From Paramoeba atlantica (Eukaryota > Protista > Discosea): a stretch of DNA of 64,000 bases. Shown piece by piece: positions 1-9,790 of this stretch (position 1 is the stretch's first letter; each line of letters begins with the position of its first letter). The translations under genes and the position numbers were made by a program. The DNA is taken from NCBI GenBank assembly GCA_977017575.1, contig CDRNVI010000099.1, positions 186,001 through 250,000 of the forward strand. The letters run 5' to 3'. The notes under the pieces are model-generated. The model was given only the letters and a program-made list of their open reading frames with translations, made no database searches and had not been told where the DNA came from.

Positions 1-2
1 TT

Positions 3-870
3 TCCGCTCTCCGTGACGCAGGGGGACGAAGAGCTGGGTCAACTGCAAAGCTTGGAGGTGTCACGCGCTGGCGTGGAGACAAGTTAACGTGTTTGTCTTT
101 TTATACACTGGTCTGGATTGCGTGGCTTCGTTCATTTTCAGTGAAATTGCCAAGCGACGTCACGTTAGCGCATCTGTTCGTCGATGTTACCAACTTCTCC
201 TGGAGCATGGTGCGGAAGCCCTGAAGTGCCAAAGCCGATAATTTCTCGACAAATGCAACGTACTTCATCTTGCACTCCGCAAATTTTCTGATATGATGAA
301 TAAGCCCATGACGACGCAAGTTTCGCAAATGTTGGAGGAATTATATGAACACGCTTGTTCTGGTGAAGGTCCCGATGGACTTGACATTGTGATGCAACAC
401 CATATGCGCCGTCTCAATAAAAATCACATGAATTTCTGGAAGGACGTTGTGTAGTTTCGTCCTGCTTTCATTCTACAGCACGCACGGCCGTGTGGACTGC
501 AACCCATCTCTCTCGCTCATGCGAACAACTTAGGATTGGAGCGAGAGGAATGCCCAACACAACGGTATCTCAATTCGGTGCACTCTTCGACGGGGATGAA
601 GAAGCAATATCATCTCGTTAACAACAAATCATACGAAGTGCAATCTTCGGATGCTACGTGATCTGGAATTGGCGAGAGGAACTCGCATGGTCGGATGGAC
701 CACAAGAAGCTTGATGGGCTAGCTGCCGTAGTTCACGTTGCGTGTGAACCGCAAAAAAAATGCCCTTCCGGCTTGCCAGGTATGAACTGGAAATGAAACT
801 TGAAACGATGAAAATGCTGGTACACCTAAAGCGCTTCAACCTTTATTCAATATTTCAGAACAAGAGTGGG
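3..870 (+). pseudogene. possible highly decayed hAT-like transposase remnant
   Basis: Manual translation gives GGVTRW (positions ~54-71, cf. hAT TRW motif) and KLETMKMLVHLKRFNL (~795-845, resembling the hAT dimerisation tail). Many stops and frameshifts; weak support. Confidence 0.22.
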
Positions 871-1644
871 AGGAATGGGGATCTTGTCTTGAGTTTCGTT
901 GGAATCCAGAGATACACAATGATGAAAATGCTTAGTGGCTAGAAATAGGCAGCGAGATGTTTCCTACTATCATAGTACTATTATACAGTAGACAAGTATA
1001 AAACGGTGGTATACCAAATATCTACAAAGTCGGAGAAAATACAAGACCTGTAGGGGGGGGGTACATATCGTTGCCCACCACTGTACGTATTGCAAGTTCT
1101 ACATCTATTGTACGTGTATATAGAATAAAATTTACCAACCATCGGGGTTATAACTTTTCCCCAACTATAACCTTTTTCTTGCTATCCCTCCAATATACAG
1201 TAGTTCCCAAATCGCGCAGCCCCTACGGCACGAACTCTACATTACATGAGCCCCACGCGAGTTTCATTGTGTTGCCCTCTCTCACTCACTTTGGGGCCGG
1301 CGCGCATTCACTTTTCATCTTTCATTACTTCAATGACCAACATAAAAAGAGTCAAAGAGACATTTCATAATCGTCACAGGAGTGTTCATTGCCCGTGGAC
1401 CTACAAACTTCTCGATCTTCCCTGACACTGCCATCTCACAGATGGTGTTTGATTCCTCATATTTTATGTTACGGGTAACACCAAGTACCATGCGTACGGT
1501 ACGCGAGTATGGTACTCGGTTACTCAAGGCCCTAGGTACTTCATTTGGCTGAGTGCCGTACTCGCGTACGTATGATAATATGCCACTTTTGTTCCACGCA
1601 AAACGGTTTTTCTATATTTTGCTGTTTTCTATATACTGCACCCC

Positions 1645-1716
1645 CCTAGTTATCTATCGCTACATTTCGAGAAAAGGTGACACATGAGTAGGGTGGGGGT
1701 GCGATAGATAACTAGG
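1645..1716. repeat. 16-bp perfect inverted repeat with 40-nt spacer
   Basis: cctagttatctatcgc (1645-1660) / gcgatagataactagg (1701-1716). Confidence 0.8.
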
Positions 1717-2477
1717 AGGTCAAAGTGCGACATATATCTAGGGGGTCGGTCGCCAAAAAAAGCGAGGGAACGAAATGTTACATATTTAAGTATTTCTCGA
1801 TATTTCAGAGTACCTCCAGGTTTTATTTATTCGATCAACGGCCTATGAGTTGTAGCGATAGTGAAGAACTATCAAGCGGAGCGATTCTTTCGGAAAGGGA
1901 CGATACCGACTGTTTTCATAGAAAAAGATGATCCGGACTCCCAACGCGGTGGAATCTCCCCCTTTTCCCCCAAATTTTTTCTTAAAAAAAGTACTTCAAA
2001 GATTTTCCGAGTTCAACGATTTTACAATCCTTCTAGATTGGTATTCACGAAAGAGAAGACATTCGCTTATTTTCACCAAGCCATTCCGGGTCATTGATAG
2101 AAAATAAGAGTTCTAGAGCTCAAATTGTGCCACACCAGTTTGACAAATGTTTTGACACACATACATATTATAGAATTCGGTAGCGTATCGATACTGTATG
2201 GACAACATACAGTAATCATACAGTAAGTACGGACAGTAAGTATGACATACAGTAAGTATGGACATCATACAGTTGTATGAGCTAGCCAAATCGGAAATTG
2301 AAAGCACGAATGGCCTTTATTTCAGCCTCAGAAGATGAGCTGATGAAATACAAGTAACTAATTTTAGTATTTTGAGTGCCCTTCAGTTTCAAAAGTTTGG
2401 GGGGAAAAGGGAGATTTGACCTCCAACACTAGAAGTCTCATCTGCAGGCGCTCAAGGGTTGCAACGTAAAGGTCCCT

Positions 2478-2990
2478 GTGACTCGGGAACAAGTCACGGG
2501 AGTTGGAAAGTACACGGTGGTTCTTAAAAATGATGTACATTCGCGGGCTATATTGGATTTGCGTTGCACTCCCCTTCATACATGTATTGAAGGAATGCTC
2601 TATACTATTCTTAGTGCGAACCAGCTCATTCAATCCTTATTGTGCCTTGGGGATTGCGCTGAAAGGGGGTTTCTTTCACAGAGATATTAAGAACTGGTGC
2701 TACCGGATCCCTATTTTAACGGAACTAGGCAACGCCTGCTGCATTCGACAGCGATCGATATACCTCCGTCACACTGTTCTCCGAATGGGATATAAGTTAG
2801 CGTGCGGTATAGCGCAAAGCATCATATGGAATGTTTTGCTTTACCGAGATCGTGCTAGCACGGATTTAAAAGGCGCTGAATCTATGCTTGGAATGACTGA
2901 AGCTCCAGAGCTCGCACCTCTTCGTGAAGGGGGCTTCATCGCGGTGATGTATGACTCATTTCTGATTTTTGCTCCGGAGACTACGGTAAA
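2478..2990 (+). mobile_element. frameshifted reverse-transcriptase remnant of a DIRS/Ngaro/VIPER-type (tyrosine-recombinase) retroelement
   Basis: ORF 2478 gives VVLKNDVHSRAILDLR (RT motif K..R.ILDLR). ORF 2503 gives DIKNWCYRIPI...VLRMG...AQ...IAVMYDSFLIF, matching the DIRS/VIPER RT order D.K..YQIP, LPMG, YxD. Confidence 0.6.
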
Positions 2991-3510
2991 ACGGGGGGAG
3001 AACACCCGGTACACAATTTCCGGTAGTTCATCATCTTATTCATTTATAGTAGTTATCTGACGATAGAAAAAAGTAAGTGCGAATTTTCTTATTGTGATAT
3101 ACAGATTGTTGAAAATAGTGGCTGTGCTTCCTGGCAGCAGCTCAAAAGTGATCACAGCAAACAAATCACAGCTCAAAAGTGGTTGAAGACAGCGAGAAGA
3201 CGATCAAGTACCACCCTGCGTATGTTATTCCAATTCTGTAGCAACTTGCGCTATTTACAATACAATAACGCCAGGGTGAAGTGGGCGACTTCAGGGTGAA
3301 GCAAGTAAAGGGGTTGAAGCCTCACCACCACCCCAAGAATACAATCTTCCCTTGTATTCGGGGGCCACCCCATCGCTAAGCGTTCGTCATTTTAAGCGTC
3401 TAAAAATACATCATCGCCCGCCTAACTACCGTCACCCAGCCCGGCCACCCCGGCCAGCTCAGCCTCAGTCGATCATGACAATATTGTGAAGCTCATATTT
3501 GAGTTGTTTC

Positions 3511-4260
3511 CTACATTAAAAAACACGAAGACTCTTCAACCACACGCGTGTGTTGAAATTGGAACGTAATTCCAGGAAGTAAATTGGGTGGAAGCAGCGA
3601 TCTGCGAAATATACCACGAAGGGGTGGATTATCATGGATGTACAGGAGATCAAGTTTCTCAGGTAGAACATCGAGATTTGTTGCCTCTTCAAATCTATTC
3701 TGATCAAACTGAACCGATGTGAGAGTTCTCGGAAGACCTCGAAAATCTAAATGACCGGAAAACAAATTCGATGAAAGAGTCAAGGTCCCGAGTTCGGGGG
3801 GAAGTTCACTAAGGCAAATATTTCCGGAAAATTTGTTGCAAGACAAATTTATCCGTTTCAACCCGCGTGGGAGATAGTGAAACGACACGCTTCTGTGTAA
3901 GTAATTGTTGCCCAGGTTCATCACGCTCAATGTAGAAGGTAGGTATTCCCATTTTGGATTTCCGTACAAAGCGACGGACCTAAAAAATAAATGGGAAACA
4001 AAGGGCTCATCATCGCAGTTTAAATGGCGCCATCCACATGCAGGTGTTCGTATATCCCATGAAATGGCTTTTGAAGAAATATTCTGAAGAAAATATCCCA
4101 TAAGGTCTTCATGAGACATTCGCGTTGTGCTTATTCTGCCTAGGCGAACAGAACTATCACAGCCGTGTAGAAATACCGCAGAAAGGGCCATTTGCAGTTG
4201 GAATTGAAGTATTAAATAGAATGTTGAGTTCACTAGACTGACTCTACAAAATACTATCAA
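3511..4260 (-). CDS. leucine-rich repeat protein (expanded family); likely start at MALSAVF
   Basis: Repeated LP..L..L.L..N.FSG.L units; N-cap W...AC.W..L.C; close paralogue of 18270-18950. Confidence 0.9.
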   Translation of the reverse strand: MIVFCRVSLVNSTFYLILQFQLQMALSAVFLHGCDSSVRLGRISTTRMSHEDLMGYFLQNISSKAISWDIRTPACGWRHLNCDDEPFVSHLFFRSVALYGNPKWEYLPSTLSVMNLGNNYLHRSVSFHYLPRGLKRINLSCNKFSGNICLSELPPELGTLTLSSNLFSGHLDFRGLPRTLTSVQFDQNRFEEATNLDVLPEKLDLLYIHDNPPLRGIFRRSLLPPNLLPGITFQFQHTRVVEESSCFLM

Positions 4261-4868
4261 AAACGCAGAAAATTATAAAATCTTGAGGAAAAACCTTCAC
4301 CCTTCAAGACAACCTTGTTTCTAAAGAAGAAAACAAAGTGGGAAACATGAACTCCCGTGAAGTTGTGTGAGGGGGTTAGAGCAACATTGCGTCATTTTCG
4401 ATTACCCGGTGACATTCCTGAGATCAAAGTCACCCTTCGTTGTGCAAGTTACCCTACGTTGTATAAGTTATCACAACCTGTATAAACAAATTTTTGCATT
4501 TAGTCCTTTTATATGGCTTGGATGAAAAACATAATTTCGGGGTTAAGATATCAAAACAGGCAATGTGAACTATTCTATGCCTGCCTTTCCCCTTTACTAC
4601 GATACTATTAAACTCCCCACAGCTAATAAGTCACCCCCCTCTTTTTTTTGTGCAACGAGGCTTAGGGGGGTTGCGGCACCACTTTTTCGTTCAAAATTTT
4701 GAGATCTGCAAGTTCCCGCTGTTTTTAGACCTCTTCACAGATAACAAATTAAAACTCATTTTTTTAATGACGTTTTTACATAGTCATGCCAATATTACCC
4801 GAAAAATCTCATGTTCCTCGACCAGGGGGGGAGAAGGGGGTCAACATGAAAATGGTGTCACAGATCTT

Positions 4869-6084
4869 GGTGGGATTGAACGAATAATGGACACTTTTTT
4901 TTAAATAATTTAAAATTTTTATGAAATCCTTTTTTGTGTTTCCTAGGGTGATATGTATGAATTTTTTGGATTATTAGTCAATTTTTATCTTAAAATTACT
5001 GCTAGTATTGCTTCTCTAAGGTTTCAATGAACTGCACAGGTTGCCCTCGTTTTGATTGCGCTGCTCAAATTCGCTTGGCTTCAGTCGGCTCTGCCACAGA
5101 GGAAACGTGTATGTTGTGGATGCGAAACCACAAACTCACTGTACAAAGCGTTTCCTGCGAGCGTGGGCATGAGCGGGTATTGTGTAATCTGAAGGGAGGC
5201 AAGTTCCACTGCCCAGTACGCTCCTGCCGCAATTTGATGTCACAGGACGGTCCTCTCAAGCACTCAAAGACAAAGGTGTCCGCAAAGCAGATTCTAATTG
5301 GGATCGTTTCCTTTTCTTATAGCATGCTGGGAACAGAAGTTGCAAAGGAAGAAGAAGTCTCTCAAAGAACTGTAGTTTTGCAACGCCAAATTATCGAAAA
5401 ATCATTGTCCGAGGTTCATAAAATCCGTCAGCGGAACGCCGAGGGAACAGTATCCTTTATGCAAGTCGATGAGACGTGGTTCTCAAAGATCAAGCGAGGG
5501 GGAAACAACCGAAACCAGCGGGTACGCGCTGGTGGTAGCCAGATAGTTCAGACTCTGGCCGAATGTACTCGTGACAGCAAGCTGACAGAGATACATGTCA
5601 CGCCTGTGCCTCAAAAAAGCGCAGAACACTTAATTCCCCCCATCGAGGCTATGTGTGCCTCGTCGCGTACGCGGATCCATACCGACGGGGCCAGGCACAA
5701 CAATTTTCTTGAAGGAAAGTATCAATGGGATTCGGTTATCCACAGAAATGAGTGGATCAGTGATTCCGGTGTGCACACTAACACCGTAGAAGGAGCTAAC
5801 AGCATGTTGAAGAGAACTTTGACGCGTTGTGGCGGCCAACTTGGTAGAAGCAATGAAAACCGGCATGAGCGTGTGCGCGCCCTGGCAGAAAAATGTAACG
5901 GATCTCTGCGGGTGAATGGAGCAAGTGTTTTGAAGCGAGTTTTGGAGGATCTTCGCGTGTATTGTGCGCATTATGTTCTGCAGTAAGAAGCATTTGTTTT
6001 GTTAGATAATGATCGAAGGGAAAATATCGTCTTTTTAAAAATTCTGAAAACTGAAATTTTGTACATTATTCGTTCAATCCGACC
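4869..6084 (+). mobile_element. complete Merlin/IS1595-family DNA transposon
   Basis: TIRs ggtgggattgaacgaataatg / cattattcgttcaatccgacc; perfect 8-bp TSD cagatctt at 4861-4868 and 6085-6092; intact transposase ORF inside. Confidence 0.92.
5027..5986 (+). CDS. Merlin/ISXO2-like DDE transposase, 319 aa, intact
   Basis: Motifs QVDETW, IHTDG and GVHTNTVEG; Cys/His-rich N-terminus. Confidence 0.9.
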   Translation: MNCTGCPRFDCAAQIRLASVGSATEETCMLWMRNHKLTVQSVSCERGHERVLCNLKGGKFHCPVRSCRNLMSQDGPLKHSKTKVSAKQILIGIVSFSYSMLGTEVAKEEEVSQRTVVLQRQIIEKSLSEVHKIRQRNAEGTVSFMQVDETWFSKIKRGGNNRNQRVRAGGSQIVQTLAECTRDSKLTEIHVTPVPQKSAEHLIPPIEAMCASSRTRIHTDGARHNNFLEGKYQWDSVIHRNEWISDSGVHTNTVEGANSMLKRTLTRCGGQLGRSNENRHERVRALAEKCNGSLRVNGASVLKRVLEDLRVYCAHYVLQ

Positions 6085-6439
6085 CAGATCTTCGCTAGGG
6101 GAACGAGATCTCTCGATTGCAACAAAAATGATCAAAAACGGATAACAAACATTCAATTTGTCACGTGGTGGAATATTTGTCTTTGGTTGGTTCTTTCTTG
6201 AAACGGTGATAAATCAACTTTTTTAAGCTGTCCCCTTTACTTTTTGCTTGAAGGGGCCTAAGGGGGTCAAGATATCATTTTCTCGTTCAAAATTCTGAGA
6301 TCTACACGTTCCCACCATTTTATAAGCACGTTCGACAGGGTATTATTGCCAGTTCTTGTCGAAAACACTTCAGAAAAGGAGGGCCACATTCATGTTCCGC
6401 ACGTATAGTCGAAACCTGGCCCAATTACGCATAGCCAAT

Positions 6440-6790
6440 GTACGCATCAATATACACATTGATCCAAGCCATTCTCTATGGTCTTCCTCTGGACCCGGGC
6501 AGGTGGTTTGGTAGGGCATGGGCAAATTAACCAGAAGGATAGAATCGGTTGAAGGATAGAATCGGTGGTACAGCGCGTCCAGGACTTGTACGGCGGACTG
6601 CAACGCATGCAATTCACATACATTTTCACAAAAGGTATTCCTGTCATTGTTGCCGTTGTCTTTATTTTGGATGTATTGAATCACTTGGGCTCTTTCCGAA
6701 ACGTGCACCCCAGCCAAGGAAGGAAACAGGGGGAGACAAAGGGAATACTTCTTATCTCAGGGTGTGATGAATAAATGCATGGCAGGTTCA
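6440..6790 (-). pseudogene. internally deleted partial copy of the 732-aa hypothetical gene (19227-21425)
   Basis: AQVIQY...CELHALQSAV.VLDALY is joined directly to LPMP.Q..CPGPEE, which are ~1.3 kb apart in the full gene; nucleotide similarity is visible at both segments. Confidence 0.78.
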
Positions 6791-7052
6791 AATAGCAGTC
6801 GTTAAAGTCGTCTGACCCCGGGCCACTTGAGCGCAAAACTCAGACAAAAAACGGGCAATATTCTAGCGAACAATTGAACCACTGTCCTGGTTAACACTCC
6901 CGGAAGGAACATACCCGGAAGGAACATTCCTATACCGCATAGGAATATTACGAAGTATAGGAATAATAAAAGAAGGATCAGCAGAAATGATATAAAAATT
7001 AGCAGAAAAGGACCATTTTTTAGTCTTGGGGGTCCAAGGGGGCGTTCAGGGG

Positions 7053-7150
7053 GGGTCCAGGGGAGGGGTCCAGGGGGGGTCCAGTGGGTGGGCATACGTC
7101 GCGATTTTTTTTCACGGTTTTTTTTCCTTCTTCCAAAACCGATTACTGTA
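7053..7150 (+). repeat. ~100-bp direct repeat, copy 1 (copy 2 at 8121-8217)
   Basis: gggtccaggggaggggtccagggggggtccagtgggtgggcatacgtcgcgattttttt...ccaaaaccgattactgta occurs at both sites. Confidence 0.88.
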
Positions 7151-7290
7151 CTTTTTTTGCAAATAAGAGGGCTGAAACTAGAGATTTACGATCCCGGCCG
7201 ATCGAATAATTGGGGGGAATAGTATTGAGCCTAACTTTTTTATCTACTTTGCCAACTTTCCCACACTTTCTACACTTACGACCCTTCACC

Positions 7291-7841
7291 ATACAGTTTC
7301 TGTACCTTGTTGGTACTTTTTCCTTTAGATAATCTTTTCCTTCCCCGGCAACGGGCATAGTTTTACTATTTATATGCCCGTTGCCGGCCGGCACTAAGGC
7401 CGAAACTGTCCCTCTTTCTCGGCGAAGTAGGGGACGCGCTTCCACCCCATCACCCCTCCCCGGCTCACTCCTTGAGTGAGTTTTCTTCCCTCCCCGGCTT
7501 TCTTCCCTTCGCGTCTATTCCTTCCCGGGGAGCCGTGCGCCATGGTGGCCTCCCTTGAGGACCACTGGGCGTGGCTCTGCCTCGTCTTATCGCGAGGCAG
7601 CGGTCGGTTGCAGTGCGCCCCTCCGGCTGCGTAAAGAGGTGGTCAGTTGCCAGGACCACCTCCACCGACTGGGACCGAGTCGGCTGCGGAAAGAGAGGGC
7701 GAGTTGCCTGGATCCCCTCTACCGACAGAGTCTGTGCTAAATCCCCTTGATGCGACATCCGTCATTACGGATTGTGCCGATGATATCGGGTGTCGCATCA
7801 CGGGCTGTATCTCTGCGCCAACGAGCGCATGAACATCAAAA
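7291..7841 (+). ncRNA. spliced-leader-headed structured non-coding element, copy A
   Basis: atacagtttctgtaccttgttg|gta matches the kinetoplastid SL core and splice donor with the same spacing. It is followed by many hairpins and ends gaacatcaaaa; near-identical to 33125-33706. Confidence 0.7.
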
Positions 7842-8120
7842 TACTCCATACACCTTCCAAACCTACTCCCTTTACCCCTCTCGTGTATCCCCTCCCTTAC
7901 ACCCTACCCCACTTCCTCAACCCCAACTTCCCTCAAGCCGCACGCAATCACGTCCATATGGCCACAGACCTCCGCTCCCACCCCGTTAGCAGTATAAGAT
8001 ACTTTAGCTTGCTGTACGAGGGTGGGAGACTTGGAGGAGACGAAGCGCAAAGACGCCGTCACATCAAGAAAGAAAGACAGAGCGGGACGGACGCGGGGAC
8101 AAGGGGAAGCGACACACTTT

Positions 8121-8217
8121 GGGTCCAGGGGAGGGGTCCAGGGGGGGTCCAGTGGGTGGGCATACGTCGCGATTTTTTTTCCCGATTTTTTTGCTTTTTC
8201 CAAAACCGATTACTGTA
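8121..8217 (+). repeat. ~100-bp direct repeat, copy 2
   Basis: Matches 7053-7150. Confidence 0.88.
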
Positions 8218-8535
8218 TTCTTTTTTGTCATCCCCCTAACCCACTAGCGCCCCTACGGTACCGCGAAAGAGGTTCAGCTCCTAGAATGCAGTGGGATGGT
8301 ACTCAAAGAGGTGACCCCTAGTGATATACTGAAAACGACATAATTATGGTAAAGATCAGAAATGCTACTGTAGGAGGAGATGTGCTGTGGGGTCATTTCA
8401 CTTAGTTTAAAAATAATCACAATATCAAGTACGCGCTGCATCTTCACAGTGTGGCGTCCGACCTTTCCCCTCAACAGGAAGTATGCGTATCTCGCTCGCA
8501 GTGCCAGAGCACTATCGGCTCCATACGCGCTACTC

Positions 8536-8770
8536 CCCATTGGAGGTTATCGGTCTCCTTTAACCCTGCGAGGGACAAGGCCGGCAGGTCGGACGCACCC
8601 CCCCCTTCCCTTTATACATACTATCCATACAACTATACGCATGAAAAGTCTTTGTCGCGCAGCATAGAGGATCGCATCTTCTTCCATCACCTTTCTATGT
8701 GTATTTTCACATAGCCCCGGGCTTTGGACCGGTTTAGCAGGGTTAAAGGAGACCGATAACCTCCAATGGG
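8536..8770. mobile_element. MITE-like element with 34-bp perfect TIRs
   Basis: cccattggaggttatcggtctcctttaaccctgc (8536-8569) / gcagggttaaaggagaccgataacctccaatggg (8737-8770). Confidence 0.78.
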
Positions 8771-9790
8771 AAGAATGTCTTAGGCCAATGTTTCGAGACA
8801 CACTACCTCCCAGCATTAAAAAAAACTTCGTGCGAATTAAGCATTTCTGCAGTACGAGACCTTGGTCCCTGTATTCTTAATGTAAGTTCTAGCATGCAGG
8901 AAGCCGAATGCGAAGCAACCCGAGCATGTGATCTACAGCAAACATATAATGCAGAGGATAATATTGTAGAACAGTACGAATGCGAAAACTCGGGAACGAA
9001 AGTGAACTTCAGAAGAGAGAAACTACAAACGCGCTCACGAACAAGCGTGAACCGTATTCCACCGTCGCAGAAAGTTGCAAAACGAATGTTCTAATTGTCT
9101 ACTTCAGAATTTAACAATACATGTTTACTCTATGGAGGGCTGCGATACAACGTTTCATCATATGTGTGCAATTGAAGCACATGGAGAAGATTATGACAAT
9201 CGCTGTGTAAAGCATTAGTTTATTCGGGGCTACGAAAGTGGGGACAAGTCAGGGGTATTGACGATACAAGGATATTTACATCCACAGAACTGTTTTTCAA
9301 TATTTACATTCATTTCATTACTCAAATTTAGTTAACTCAATCTTTAGTATAGTAGGCCGAGAGTAACTGCAATAGAAAAAAGATTCACACTCTAAGTCAG
9401 TACTAGGTGACTTGTCCTCCTAGGTGACATATCCGTTTTTGGCCGTTTTTTTCCACTTTTTCGAGGATATGTGAGGGGGGGTGACGGTAGTTCAAAGCCA
9501 CGAACCGGAGGTGACGAGCGTGTCGAATGAGCAAGTAGATGCCGCAATGCTAAACTTTGAAGAAGAACGCTTTCGCGCACGCTTTCTATGAATAGGAACG
9601 GATCCAGGCAGCAGTATCCTATTGCGTTGAGAGCGCATAGAAATAAACTCTTCAAACAATTGAAATCAAGAAATACTGTAGCACAAAATTTATATTCTAG
9701 AAATCTTGATGCACAATCAGTTGAAAGTGTAATAAAACTTTTGCTATGAACGTTTGCTAAATAAACGAATCGCAAGAAATCGACCACCAG

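Larger units (their letters stand above)
4605..6145. mobile_element. non-autonomous Tc1-family remnant hosting the Merlin insertion
   Basis: 4620-4740 resembles the reverse complement of the 32420-32530 end of the Tc1 element; 6100-6145 resembles the reverse complement of its other subterminal region (~31650-31700). Confidence 0.45.

Noticed and set aside
7385-7440. Hammerhead ribozyme suggested by GGCC...GGCCGAAAC plus a following stem
   Set aside because: The required CUGANGA core before stem II is absent.
7530-7600. HDV-like ribozyme suggested by gccatggt..gcctcc..ctgggc
   Set aside because: No upstream P1 strand or P2 partner could be found; a simple long hairpin explains the pairing.
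7150-8120. 5S rRNA or U snRNA linked to the SL-like unit, as in some bodonids
   Set aside because: No recognisable 5S or snRNA sequence on either strand.
9120-9215. PHD/RING-like peptide GCDTTFHHMC...CVKH
   Set aside because: About 30 codons with no credible ORF; cannot assign.
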